From the NCBI GenBank assembly GCA_964647695.1, contig CAZYIS010000001.1:48275-112274 (forward strand): DNA of 64,000 nt. The letters run 5' to 3'. A program made the translations under genes and the position numbers. This document shows, piece by piece, positions 25,063 to 35,127 of this stretch. Position 1 is the first letter of the stretch. Each line of letters opens with the position of its first letter. This DNA comes from Candidatus Woesearchaeota archaeon (lineage in GTDB: Archaea; Nanobdellota; Nanobdellia; Pacearchaeales; GW2011-AR1). The notes under the pieces were generated by a model. That model was not told the origin of the DNA. It searched no databases and saw only the letters and a program-made list of their open reading frames with translations.

Positions 25063-26763
25063 TTGCTTTTTCTCACTATTCTTATGAAAGACCTTATAGT
25101 AAAAGAGTTAGCAAAACATGTTAATCTAGATAAACAAATTATCCTAAATTCCATTGAAATTCCTCCTTCTTCAGAGCTAGGAGACTTTTCCTTTCCCTGT
25201 TTTGCACTTTCAAAAGAGTTAAAGAAGAATCCTATGGAAATTTCCAAAGAATTAGCTAATAAAATTAAATCTGGTGAATTTGAAAAAGTTGAAGCCAAAG
25301 GCCCCTATGTTAATTTCTTCCTAAATAAAAAAGACCTAGCTGAAAAAACTCTTAAATCAATTTTAAAAGAGAAAGCTAAATATGGTTCTTCAAAATCTGG
25401 AAAAGGAAAGAAAGTGATGATTGAATTTTCCCAAGCCAATACCCACAAAGCATTTCACGTAGGCCATATCCGAGGTACCAGTTTGGGAGAAAGTATTGCT
25501 AGACTAATGGAATTCAATAGTACAAAAGTCATCAGGGCTAATTATCAGGGCGATACTGGAATGCACGTAGCTAAATGGCTTTGGTGTTATAAAAAATATC
25601 ATTCAAATGAAAAACTCAAAGAAGATGAATCCTGGATTGCATCCATTTATGTCGAAGCTTCAAGAAAATTAGCTGAAAATCCATTACTCCAAGATGAAGT
25701 CAATGTTATAAATCAGCAACTCGAACTAGGAAAAGATAAACCATTAATGAAACTTTGGAAAGAATCCAGAAGCTATTGTCTCAAAGCTTTTGAAAACATA
25801 TACTCCGAATTAAATACTCATTTTGATAAATATTATTTTGAAAGAGAATTTGAAATTTTAGGAAAGGAAATTGCTCTTGATTTAGTAACAAAAGGAATTG
25901 CAAAGATTTCGGATGACGCAACCATAATGAATCTAGAGGAAGATGGATTAAGCGTTTGGGTACTATTAAGAAAAGACGGAACTGTTCTTTATTCTTCTAA
26001 AGATCTAGCTCTTGCAGAAAAAAAGTTCAAAGATTTCAAATTAGATCAAAGTATTAATATTGTGGCTGATGAACAGAACCTCCATTTTAAGCAATTATTT
26101 AGAACTCTTGAATTGAAAGGTTTTAAAGATGTTAAAAAGTGTAAGCACATACCTTTTGGTTTGGTAAGACTACCTACTGGAAAAATGTCTTCTAGAACTG
26201 GAGAAAACATACTTTATTCCAGTTTTCTAGACGAACTAAAAGAATTTGTTAAAATTGAAATAACTAAGAGAGAAAAATTAAAAGAAAAAGAATTGGAACA
26301 GCGAGCACTAGCTATTGCAATTTCTTCATTAAAATATTCCATGCTTAAACAAAGTTCCAATAACATAATAATCTTCAATAAAGAAGAAGCCCTCGATTTG
26401 AATGGAAATACTGGACCCTACCTACTTTATTCCTATGCTCGAGCAAAAAACATTCTTAAGAAAGCAAAATATAAATCTTCTTCAAAGTTAAACATAAAAT
26501 CTCTTTCGGCCAAGGAAAAAGAACTAATAATTAAAATGCAACAATTTCCAGAAGTAGTAAATCATGCACATACTAATCTATCTCCAAATCTAATCGCTAA
26601 TTATTCATTTGAATTAGCCCAGTTATTTAACGAATTCTATCAATCGGAACAAGTAATTGGCTCCGAAAACGAATCAGTAAAGTTAGTCATTGTTGACTCA
26701 TTTGCCCAGGTTCTAAAGAATGCACTTAATCTTCTGGGCATTGAAACCCTTGAAAGAATGTAA
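25063..26763 (+). CDS. argS: arginyl-tRNA synthetase
   Basis: 566 aa. Class I HIGH motif AFHVGHIRG. Anticodon-binding DALR-type C-terminus. Start may be the Met at about 25087. Confidence 0.9.
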   Translation: MLFLTILMKDLIVKELAKHVNLDKQIILNSIEIPPSSELGDFSFPCFALSKELKKNPMEISKELANKIKSGEFEKVEAKGPYVNFFLNKKDLAEKTLKSILKEKAKYGSSKSGKGKKVMIEFSQANTHKAFHVGHIRGTSLGESIARLMEFNSTKVIRANYQGDTGMHVAKWLWCYKKYHSNEKLKEDESWIASIYVEASRKLAENPLLQDEVNVINQQLELGKDKPLMKLWKESRSYCLKAFENIYSELNTHFDKYYFEREFEILGKEIALDLVTKGIAKISDDATIMNLEEDGLSVWVLLRKDGTVLYSSKDLALAEKKFKDFKLDQSINIVADEQNLHFKQLFRTLELKGFKDVKKCKHIPFGLVRLPTGKMSSRTGENILYSSFLDELKEFVKIEITKREKLKEKELEQRALAIAISSLKYSMLKQSSNNIIIFNKEEALDLNGNTGPYLLYSYARAKNILKKAKYKSSSKLNIKSLSAKEKELIIKMQQFPEVVNHAHTNLSPNLIANYSFELAQLFNEFYQSEQVIGSENESVKLVIVDSFAQVLKNALNLLGIETLERM

Positions 26764-26810
26764 TCCTTCTATACAGAAATCCTTAAATATGCTCTAGAAA
26801 TTGAAAATAT

Positions 26811-26972
26811 ATGGATTTAATGATATTAACCCTTAGTAGTTTTGCCCTAATTTTTATTCTATGTTTATTAATTCTATTGCTATTGGTAAAAACCATGAAT
26901 ACTAAGTTAAGAAGAAAGGCAGATATGGATCAAATAAAGAACCATGTTTCCGGCAAGAAACATCATATTTAA
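26811..26972 (+). CDS. small hydrophobic ORF (53 aa)
   Basis: MDLMILTLSSFALIFILCLLILLLLVKT... Below the ORF-track cutoff. Overlaps the putative SRP RNA promoter region. Confidence 0.2.
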   Translation: MDLMILTLSSFALIFILCLLILLLLVKTMNTKLRRKADMDQIKNHVSGKKHHI

Positions 26973-26994
26973 AAACATCTTCTAGTTTCAAATT

Positions 26995-27230
26995 AGGTAG
27001 ACAACCTGGCGTGCTAGCCCTTCGCCATTCATCAGCGGGCTTTAGGTGGGGTCAAAGGAGCGAGTGAAATTGAAAGCTATGGGCCTTCAATCGGACGTTG
27101 ACGTATTGTCCTGTTCGATCTTGCTTCTGCGAAATGGGTCAGGCCTTGATCGGAGCAGCCCTAAACAGGACGCGTGGTGCTTACAGGGTAACAATGCCGA
27201 GAAAGATTGGAGATCACCTCTATTTTTCAT
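26995..27230 (+). ncRNA. signal recognition particle RNA (7S/SRP RNA), boundaries approximate
   Basis: A GC-rich island in AT-rich DNA. GGTCAGGCCttgatcGGAGCAGCCctaaACAGGACGCGTGGTGCttacAGGG aligns with the 4.5S/SRP helix-8 core (GGUCAGGUCCGGAAGGAAGCAGCC...GAUGACGCGUGUGCCGGG). A TATA-like ATATTTAAAAAC sits about 25 nt upstream. T5 at 27223-27227. Confidence 0.6.
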
Positions 27231-27286
27231 TTGAGCAAACTCCCCGTCTACATAATATATAAAAACCTGTTTCTATTCTTTTTATC

Positions 27287-27769
27287 ATGAACAAAAGAGC
27301 TCAATTTTTTTTAGTTGCTGCTTTAATTATTATCATTATACTCTTCAGCATAGTTACTGTATATAACTCAGTTTACTCTCCAAAATCTGATCTGCCTAAT
27401 CTTCAAAATTTAGCAGATTCAATAAAGGAAGAATCCGTTCAAATTATTGATAGTGGATTTTTTAATAATCTCCCTCAAACTAATATTACCGACAATCTAA
27501 ATAATCTTACTCTAGCCTATTCAAGATCTAACTCAGATTTGAACATTACCTATTTAACCTACTACAATGGAACCTCTTCAGCAAATACTTTTTCCAATAA
27601 TAATATTTATCTAATAAATTCAAGTGATATTTATCTAGATCCTTTAAAATCAAATATTACTCTAGATTTAAATAATGCAAATCATGTATTTAATCTATCC
27701 AAAGGATACAATATATTCATTGTAGTCCAAAAAGAAAATAACTATGAGAAGTATATCGCCACAGCATAA
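27287..27769 (+). CDS. secreted/membrane-anchored protein with prepilin-like N-terminus
   Basis: 160 aa. MNKRAQFFLVAALIIIIILF N-terminus. N-glycosylation sequon-rich. Confidence 0.4.
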   Translation: MNKRAQFFLVAALIIIIILFSIVTVYNSVYSPKSDLPNLQNLADSIKEESVQIIDSGFFNNLPQTNITDNLNNLTLAYSRSNSDLNITYLTYYNGTSSANTFSNNNIYLINSSDIYLDPLKSNITLDLNNANHVFNLSKGYNIFIVVQKENNYEKYIATA

Positions 27770-28241
27770 AAAAGGAGTAAGTGAACTAATAAGCTATACG
27801 CTTTTAATAATTTTAGCCGTAGCAGCCAGCGTTCTAGTTTACAATTATCTTAAACTTACGGTTCCAAAAGACAAACCTACCTGCCCGGATGGTTCATCTT
27901 TGATAATGAGCAATTATAATTGCACCTTCGCTGCTTCATCCCTATCCATTACCCTACTAAATAAAGGCAGATTTACCATAGATGCAGCCTATCTCAGAAT
28001 AGGTAAAGTCAATGATTCCGCAAGAAAAGCAATAAATAAAAATAATGAATTTTTAACAGCCGGAGGATCTGCCGGACTTAAACCCAATGACGAACAGTCC
28101 TATGTTTATTCATTTAGTAATACTATCCTTTCTCTAGGAGCATCAAACTATTCCTTAGAAATTCAACCAGCCATGATCGATGATGCTACCCATAAATTAG
28201 CTGCCTGTACGCCTTTCGTTCAAACCATTACTTGTAACTAA
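27744..28241 (+). CDS. archaeal type IV pilin-like protein (class III signal peptide)
   Basis: 165 aa. KKG|VSELISYTLLIILAVAASVLVY resembles PibD/FlaK-processed prepilins. Confidence 0.5.
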   Translation: MRSISPQHKKGVSELISYTLLIILAVAASVLVYNYLKLTVPKDKPTCPDGSSLIMSNYNCTFAASSLSITLLNKGRFTIDAAYLRIGKVNDSARKAINKNNEFLTAGGSAGLKPNDEQSYVYSFSNTILSLGASNYSLEIQPAMIDDATHKLAACTPFVQTITCN

Positions 28242-28342
28242 TAATCTATTAAATATAACGGTCTCTATTCCACAATAATCTATTAAATAGACTATCCTTT
28301 CTTTACAATAATCTATTTATAATCTGGATTTGCTAAAATTTT

Positions 28343-29491
28343 ATGAAGTTTGCACATATGGGTGATTGTCATTTAGGGGGTTGGAGACAGCCGGAGCTAA
28401 AGGACCTAAATTTTGCAAGTTTTCAACTGGCCATAAATAAATGTATAAAAGAGAAGGTAGAGTTTGTTCTGATAACTGGAGATTTTTTTGACAATCCCTA
28501 TCCACCCATAGAGACATTGAAAGATGCATTTTCAGAACTGAAGAAATTAAAAGATCTAAACATACCTGTTTTCTATATAGCTGGAAGTCATGACTACTCT
28601 GCTTCTGGAAAAACATTTTTAGATGTACTAGAAAAAGCAGATTTTTGCAGAAATGTAATGAATCATGAAGAAAGAAATGGAAAATTAATTCTAATTCCTA
28701 CCATATACAAAAATGTGGCCATCTATGGCTTTCCTGGTAAAAGGTCATCCATGGAAGTTGATGACATAGAGAATATGATTCTCCAGGATTCTCCCGGTCT
28801 ATTTAAAATATTGATGCTTCATACTGCACTGAGAGATGCAGTTGGAACTTTACCCATAAAAGCAGTAGATCATCTTAAACTTCCAAAAGTAGATTATCTT
28901 GCCCTGTCTCATCTTCATATAAACTATAGTAAGGATGGACGAGTCTATTCGGGGCCCATCTTTCCTAATAATATTTCTGAATTAGAAGATCTACAGGAAG
29001 GTTCATTCTATATTTTCGATAATGGAAAAATCAACCGGATTGCTCTTAAACCCAAAGAGATAAAAGTTTTCAATCTAGAAGTAAAAAATGCCCTCTCAGC
29101 TACCGATGAAATAATTCAAAAATTATCGGGAGAATCATTGAATGATAAGGTAGTAATTCTAAAATTCTTTGGTTTAATAGAACAAGGTAAAACCTCAGAT
29201 ATAGACTTTAGTAAAATTGATGAATTTATTAAGAAAAAAGGAGCATTTGTAGTTCTAAGAAGCACCACCAGGTTACTAAGTGAAGAACAGAATGTTAAAT
29301 TAGATATTCTAGAATCTGAAAATTACGAAGAAGAAATAATAAACACTTTTGAAAAAAACAATCCCAATAAATTTAATCCTTTGATTAATAATCTAATAAA
29401 ATCTCTTCAGATAGAAAAAAATGAAGATGAAAAATCAGCCTCTTTTGAAGAACGTATAATCTCCGAATCCATGAAAATAATAAAACCATGA
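28343..29491 (+). CDS. mre11: DNA double-strand break repair nuclease Mre11
   Basis: 382 aa. Phosphoesterase motifs GDCHLG, TGDFFD, GSHD, HLH. Stop overlaps the rad50 start. Confidence 0.85.
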   Translation: MKFAHMGDCHLGGWRQPELKDLNFASFQLAINKCIKEKVEFVLITGDFFDNPYPPIETLKDAFSELKKLKDLNIPVFYIAGSHDYSASGKTFLDVLEKADFCRNVMNHEERNGKLILIPTIYKNVAIYGFPGKRSSMEVDDIENMILQDSPGLFKILMLHTALRDAVGTLPIKAVDHLKLPKVDYLALSHLHINYSKDGRVYSGPIFPNNISELEDLQEGSFYIFDNGKINRIALKPKEIKVFNLEVKNALSATDEIIQKLSGESLNDKVVILKFFGLIEQGKTSDIDFSKIDEFIKKKGAFVVLRSTTRLLSEEQNVKLDILESENYEEEIINTFEKNNPNKFNPLINNLIKSLQIEKNEDEKSASFEERIISESMKIIKP

Positions 29492-31542
29492 AAATAAAAA
29501 AATTAATAATAAAAAACATAAGAAGCTATGAGGATCAAGAAATAGATTTTCCAGATGGATCTTTACTCCTATCCGGGGATGTGGGTTCGGGTAAAACTTC
29601 CATTCTTCTAGCCATAGAATATGCGCTATTTGGTCTTCAGCCAGGCCAGACAGGCTCAGCACTTTTAAGAAATAATACTCAAAACGGAGGAGTTAGTTTA
29701 GAAATTGAATTAGATGGTTCAACCATTCTCATCGAAAGAAAATTAAAAAAAGGTAAAACCGTAACCAATGAATATTCTGCACTCACCATAGACGGAATAA
29801 AAACCGAATATGCCATAACCGAATTAAAAACTAGAATAATTCAGTTGCTGGGCTATCCTTCCGAGTTCATAAAGAAAAATAATTTGCTCTATAAGTACAC
29901 AGTCTATACTCCCCAGGAACAAATGAAACAAATAATTTCTGAAGATCCGGAAATCAGATTAAACATGCTGAGACACATATTCGGTGTTGAGAAATATAAA
30001 CGAATAAGAGAAAATCTTGTCGTTCTATTAAATAGATTAAAAGATGAATCAAAATTATTACAGCTGGAAATCAGTGCCGTAGATTCGGACAAAATTAGAT
30101 TAACTTCGACCAGAAGCTTCATTACTCTTCTGGGGGAAAAAATAGTTTCCCAGGATCATTTGATAGATGGATTAAAGGTAACTCGAAAGTCCATAGAAGC
30201 AGAAGTAGTTGAGTTGGAAAAGAAAATAAAGGAAAAAGAGAAATTAGAAATAGAATTAGAAAAGACCAAGGTGCTCTATTCTTCTAAAAGAGAAAATCTT
30301 TCAGACATGGATAGGGAACATATAGAATTAGAATCCTTCATTCAAAGCATTCCTTCCGATTTCAATGAGAATGAACTTTTAGAAACCATTGATAAGATAG
30401 CTAAGAACAATAAGGACTTGGATACAACCCAATCAAGTTTTATAGACTGTTTAAGTCATATTAATTCTCTTAAACAAAGAAAAACCGAAGCTCTAGCAAA
30501 AAAAGAAAGAGTTTTCAAAATAGATATGTGCCCTACTTGTTTACAGGATGTGCCTCCTGCCCACAAACACAACATATTCAACGAAACTGAGCAGCTAATT
30601 TCAGCCATTTCAAAGGAAATAGAAAATTTCGAAGCTCGAAAAGTAATTCTAACAAATCAACTGGATATTATAAAGGATAAAAAGCAAGACCTAGAAGAAA
30701 AAAAGATGAGACTACAGATTCTAAAATCAAAACTCCCAGAGATTGAAAGGGCCAAGAGTAAAATTTCTATTATTCTAAAAACCAAAGAAAATCTAAAAAA
30801 TGATGTTTTACTTTTATTAAAGCACATGGATGGATTGAAAGAATCCATACTAGCTTTTACCAGATTCAATACTCAGTATAAGACAAAACAACAGGAACTT
30901 AGAGATGCATTTCTAAATGAAAAAAACGCTGAAATCTCCCTTGCCGAGCTAAAGAAAGAGTTGGAAATAACCAATAAGGAAATATTACTGTTGGAAGATA
31001 CCATAAAACAAAAAGAAGGTAAGAAAGAAAAGTTAAATGAAATACTCGAGCTTAGCGATTGGCTATCCAATCAATTCATTGCTTTGATTAATTTCACCGA
31101 AAGAAATGTTATGCTTAAGCTCCGTACCGAGTTTTCAAAACTTTTCAGCAAATGGTTTTCAATTTTAGTCCAGGATATATTCGAAGTCCAGTTGGATGAA
31201 AACTTTACACCCATAATCATGCAATCAGGCATAGAAATGGACTACTCATTCCTTTCCGGCGGAGAAAGAACCGCTGTAGCCTTAGCCTATCGTCTAGCAC
31301 TAAATCAAACCATTGGAACCGTCATGACTTCCATCAAGACTAAAAATCTAATTATACTCGATGAACCTACCGAAGGATTCTCTGAAGTTCAAATAGATAA
31401 AATGAGAGAAATATTAATAGAATTAAAAGCAAAACAACTCATAATAGTCAGTCATGAACAAAAAATGGATAGTTTTGTCGACAACATAATAAAAATAAAG
31501 AAAGAAGACGGAATTTCTAAGGTTGAAGTCAAATCAAATTAA
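29488..31542 (+). CDS. rad50: DNA double-strand break repair ATPase Rad50 (short form)
   Basis: 684 aa. Walker A GDVGSGKTS, long coiled coil, zinc hook CPTC, signature LSGGE, Walker B IILDEPT. Confidence 0.85.
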   Translation: MKIKKLIIKNIRSYEDQEIDFPDGSLLLSGDVGSGKTSILLAIEYALFGLQPGQTGSALLRNNTQNGGVSLEIELDGSTILIERKLKKGKTVTNEYSALTIDGIKTEYAITELKTRIIQLLGYPSEFIKKNNLLYKYTVYTPQEQMKQIISEDPEIRLNMLRHIFGVEKYKRIRENLVVLLNRLKDESKLLQLEISAVDSDKIRLTSTRSFITLLGEKIVSQDHLIDGLKVTRKSIEAEVVELEKKIKEKEKLEIELEKTKVLYSSKRENLSDMDREHIELESFIQSIPSDFNENELLETIDKIAKNNKDLDTTQSSFIDCLSHINSLKQRKTEALAKKERVFKIDMCPTCLQDVPPAHKHNIFNETEQLISAISKEIENFEARKVILTNQLDIIKDKKQDLEEKKMRLQILKSKLPEIERAKSKISIILKTKENLKNDVLLLLKHMDGLKESILAFTRFNTQYKTKQQELRDAFLNEKNAEISLAELKKELEITNKEILLLEDTIKQKEGKKEKLNEILELSDWLSNQFIALINFTERNVMLKLRTEFSKLFSKWFSILVQDIFEVQLDENFTPIIMQSGIEMDYSFLSGGERTAVALAYRLALNQTIGTVMTSIKTKNLIILDEPTEGFSEVQIDKMREILIELKAKQLIIVSHEQKMDSFVDNIIKIKKEDGISKVEVKSN

Positions 31543-31612
31543 TGGAAGTTGACACCACAAAACTTAAATACCTCTCTTTTCTAAAAATAATATAAGAGGT
31601 TCTAACGTTCTC

Positions 31613-32278
31613 ATGAATGAAGATATACAAAACACAATTAAGAATAACATGCTAAAGTCAAACACTTCCCTAGTTGGAATAGTTTGCAAAGACGGAGTTG
31701 TACTAGGTGCCGACAGAAGAGGAACTGCTGGATCCATTGTCATGTCCAAAGATCATGTAAAGATCCATAAAGTTAGCGAATACATTGCCGCATCCTACAC
31801 GGGCGGAGTTGCAGATTTACTTCTCACTGATAAAATACTTGCTGCAGAATTAAGATTAAAAGAATTAAAGACCAAATCTCGCCCTTCAGTTTCCGAAGCA
31901 GCAAATCTTCTAGGAACTTTAACCTATAGAAACATAAGAAATCCTTCCATGATTCCAAGCATTGTCGGAACTCTAATAGCAGGAGTTGACGAAGATGGCA
32001 CTACTTCATTATATTCCATTGAACCTGCTGGAGCTGCAACCAAGGTAACTGATTTTGATGCAAACTTCTCTTCTGGAATGCCCTATATTTTAGGTCTTTT
32101 GGAAAGACAATATAAAAAAGATTTATCAGTTAAAGAAGGAGTTGAACTGGCAAAAGAATGTATAAAAGCATCAACCCAAAGAGATGTAGGTTCTGGAAAT
32201 GGAATAGATGTATTTACAATTACCAAAGAAGGCATTAAACATGTGGTTTCTGAGGAAATTGTACCCCAGTACAAATAA
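31613..32278 (+). CDS. psmB: proteasome beta subunit
   Basis: 221 aa. Propeptide followed by TSLVGIVCKDGVVLGADRRGT (catalytic Thr). Confidence 0.85.
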   Translation: MNEDIQNTIKNNMLKSNTSLVGIVCKDGVVLGADRRGTAGSIVMSKDHVKIHKVSEYIAASYTGGVADLLLTDKILAAELRLKELKTKSRPSVSEAANLLGTLTYRNIRNPSMIPSIVGTLIAGVDEDGTTSLYSIEPAGAATKVTDFDANFSSGMPYILGLLERQYKKDLSVKEGVELAKECIKASTQRDVGSGNGIDVFTITKEGIKHVVSEEIVPQYK

Positions 32279-32299
32279 TTTTTTTATTTAAAAAACAAA

Positions 32300-34192
32300 A
32301 TGGCAGATATCTTAAAGAACATAAAGGAAGAATTACCTGGAGTTGTATCAGACGCAGTCTTCGAAGGAGCAAATATAGTTCTCTATACTGAAGATAAAGA
32401 ATTTTTCAAAACCGGAGAATCAAAAGTTAAAGCTGTTGTAGATAAAATAAAAAAGAGAATAGAACTAAGAGCTGAACAAGCAATTCTTCTTTCCGAAGCA
32501 GAAACTGAAAAAACCATTCGTGCATTGGTTCCTGAAGATGCTGGAATTACTGCAGTTATTTTCGATGTTCAAAGATCTTCCGTAGTTATAGAAGCAAAAA
32601 AACCGGGACTAGTTATTGGAAAACAAGGTTCAATTTTATTTGACATTAGAAAATCCACTTTTTGGGTTCCAAGTGTAAGAAGAAGTCCAATCATCGCAAG
32701 TAAGATTACTGAAAAAATTCGTTCAGTTCTCTATGCCAATAACACCTATAGAAGAAAATTCCTTAATGATATAGGAAAAAAGATTTACAACGAATGGAAT
32801 CCAGATAAAATGGACATGTGGGTAAGATTAACTTACCTGGGCAGCGGTCGACAAGTAGGTCGTTCATGTTTATTGCTTCAAACACCAAATTCAAAAGTTT
32901 TGCTTGATTGTGGAATAAATCCTGCCATCGCCGATGGTCCTGAAAAATTCCCTTACCTAAATGTTTCTGAAGTTGGAGATTTAAATTCCATCGATGCCAT
33001 TATTCTATCCCACGCACACCTAGATCACTCGGGACTAATTCCTTATTTGTATAAAATGGGTTATAGGGGACCAATCTACATGACCGAACCTACTAGAGAT
33101 ATTTCTGCACTTTCTGCCCTTGATTTTGTAGGTATTGCCTATAAGCAAGCAGCATCTCCATTATTCAGAGGAGAAGACGTAAAAGAAATGGTAAGACATT
33201 CCATTTGTTTAGATTACGGAGAAGTCACTGATATAACTCCAGACATTAGAATTACTTTATACAATGCAGGACACGTACTTGGTTCAGCTCAAGTTCATAT
33301 AAATATTGGAAATGGATTACATAATTTAGTTTACGGAGCAGACACGAAATATGGAAAGACTCGTTTGCTTGATCCTGCCGCAAATCATTTCCCTAGAGTT
33401 GAAACTCTTACCATTGAATCTACCTATGGTAGCAAAGATGATATTCTTCCTCCAAGAAAAGAAACCGAAGATAAATTTATTGAAATGGCAAAAAAAGTTA
33501 TTGAAAGAAATGGAAAAGTTTTACTTCCCGAACTAGGTCTTGGTCACGCTCAAGAAACATTACTTAGAGTAGAAGAAGCAGTGCGTCTAGGTGAACTACC
33601 TAAAATACCAGTATACATAGACGGTATGATCTGGGATATTACTGCGATTCACACTGCCTATCCTGACTTTTTATCTGCAAGTGTTAGAAATCAAATCTAC
33701 CAAGATAATAATCCATTCGCATCCGAATTATTTACTCGTGTAGGTTCTCCTATTGAAAGAAAAGCAGTAATTGAAGGCGGACCTTGCATAATCATCGCAA
33801 CTTCGGGAATGTTGGTCGGAGGAGCATCCGTAGAATATTTCAAAAATCTAGCATCTAATCCTAACAATATGATTGTATTTTCCTGTTACCAAGGTATTGG
33901 TTCCGTAGGAAGACAGGTTCAGGAAGGAAATAAGGAAATATACATGGGTGCTGGAGTTGAAAGTGAAAAAATAACTGTCAATATGGAAGTTGAAACTCTT
34001 AAAGGACTATCTCAACACTCCGGAAGAAACGAATTATTACAATACATAAGTAGAATGGTTCCAAAGCCAAAGAAAATTATTATTAATCACGGAGAAGTTT
34101 CAAAGTGTCTAGATCTAGCTTCAACTCTATACAAATTAAATAAAGTTGAAACCGTAGTTCCAAGAAATCTTGAAACCATAAGATTGAAATAA
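32300..34192 (+). CDS. KH-domain beta-CASP ribonuclease aCPSF1 (FttA-type transcription termination factor)
   Basis: 630 aa. N-terminal tandem KH. Metallo-beta-lactamase HAHLDHSG. Beta-CASP and RMMBL C-terminus. Confidence 0.85.
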   Translation: MADILKNIKEELPGVVSDAVFEGANIVLYTEDKEFFKTGESKVKAVVDKIKKRIELRAEQAILLSEAETEKTIRALVPEDAGITAVIFDVQRSSVVIEAKKPGLVIGKQGSILFDIRKSTFWVPSVRRSPIIASKITEKIRSVLYANNTYRRKFLNDIGKKIYNEWNPDKMDMWVRLTYLGSGRQVGRSCLLLQTPNSKVLLDCGINPAIADGPEKFPYLNVSEVGDLNSIDAIILSHAHLDHSGLIPYLYKMGYRGPIYMTEPTRDISALSALDFVGIAYKQAASPLFRGEDVKEMVRHSICLDYGEVTDITPDIRITLYNAGHVLGSAQVHINIGNGLHNLVYGADTKYGKTRLLDPAANHFPRVETLTIESTYGSKDDILPPRKETEDKFIEMAKKVIERNGKVLLPELGLGHAQETLLRVEEAVRLGELPKIPVYIDGMIWDITAIHTAYPDFLSASVRNQIYQDNNPFASELFTRVGSPIERKAVIEGGPCIIIATSGMLVGGASVEYFKNLASNPNNMIVFSCYQGIGSVGRQVQEGNKEIYMGAGVESEKITVNMEVETLKGLSQHSGRNELLQYISRMVPKPKKIIINHGEVSKCLDLASTLYKLNKVETVVPRNLETIRLK

Positions 34193-34194
34193 TT

Positions 34195-35127
34195 ATGAAG
34201 CATTCCATAAAAATAACTATTGTTCTTTTAGCCATGTTTCTTCTAGCCCAATTCATCGGTCTAGCAGTAATAAACTCCTATAATCCTCATAGCATCGAAG
34301 TTAAAAATGAAAATGGAACTTTAATCAATGCAACCACCTATAATTTACCCTATGGTATGGGTCCACCAGAAGGAGTAACTCCCGAAGGTAATATTTTTTC
34401 CATCGTTATAGCTCTGATTATTGCCATTGTTGTTATGTTTCTTCTAATGAAATTCGGTGCCCAAACATTTCTAAGAGTTTGGTTCTTCGTAGTTATTATT
34501 TTGGCTCTGGCCATAACCATTAATGCTCCTTTATCCTTATTTGCTAAATATGCATCTTCCATTGCTCTTCTAATTGCTCTACCTTTAGCCTATCTAAAAG
34601 TTTTCAAAAGAAATATTCTAGTTCATAATGCTACCGAATTATTTATCTATCCTGGCATTGCAGCCATATTTGTTCCTCTACTAAACATATGGACCATAAT
34701 TATTCTATTGATTATTATTTCTCTTTATGATATGTGGGCCGTATGGCATTCTGGAGTAATGCAAAAGATGGCCAAATATCAAATAAAAACTCTAAAAATA
34801 TTCTCAGGTTTCTTCATACCCTATCTAGGAAAAAAAGAAAGAGACATGGTCAATCAAGCAAAACTTTCCAAATCAATGAAACTAAAAAATAAAAAGATTA
34901 AAGTAAACATTGCTCTTCTTGGTGGAGGAGATATAGTATTTCCCATGATTTTAGCTGGAGTTGTGCTAAGAACTCTAGATTGGCAACATGCCCTATTAAT
35001 TCCATTCGGTGCTCTTCTAGGTTTAGCCTATCTATTCTATCGCTCAGAAAAAGGTAAGTTTTATCCTGCCATGCCATTCATAACAGTAGGATGTTTTATT
35101 GCCCTTGCTATTGCCTATTTGATTTAA
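34195..35127 (+). CDS. presenilin/signal-peptide-peptidase-like intramembrane aspartyl protease (A22 family)
   Basis: 310 aa polytopic. YD in a TM helix (SLYDMWAVW). LGGGDIVFP (GxGD). PAM(PAL-like) in YPAMPFITVGC. Confidence 0.6.
   Translation: MKHSIKITIVLLAMFLLAQFIGLAVINSYNPHSIEVKNENGTLINATTYNLPYGMGPPEGVTPEGNIFSIVIALIIAIVVMFLLMKFGAQTFLRVWFFVVIILALAITINAPLSLFAKYASSIALLIALPLAYLKVFKRNILVHNATELFIYPGIAAIFVPLLNIWTIIILLIIISLYDMWAVWHSGVMQKMAKYQIKTLKIFSGFFIPYLGKKERDMVNQAKLSKSMKLKNKKIKVNIALLGGGDIVFPMILAGVVLRTLDWQHALLIPFGALLGLAYLFYRSEKGKFYPAMPFITVGCFIALAIAYLI

Noticed and set aside
24837-25298. Minus-strand ORFs 24837-25034 and 25059-25298
   Set aside because: Antisense to the zinc-ribbon gene and to the start of argS.
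26995-27230. Alternative call of RNase P RNA for the GC-rich island
   Set aside because: No CR-I or CR-V-like blocks (AGGAAAGUCC, ACAGAAnCCGGCUUA) were seen, and the region matches SRP helix 8 well. RNase P is not excluded without a covariance search.
27046-27234. 62-aa ORF in the ORF track
   Set aside because: It lies entirely inside the GC-rich SRP RNA candidate. Its ORF-like appearance is a by-product of that GC richness.
29435-31070. Minus-strand ORFs within mre11/rad50 (29435-29662, 29904-30122, 30657-30869, 30873-31070)
   Set aside because: Antisense to motif-bearing Mre11/Rad50 ORFs. Their Ser/Phe-rich low-complexity translations come from the complement of Lys/Glu-rich coiled-coil codons.
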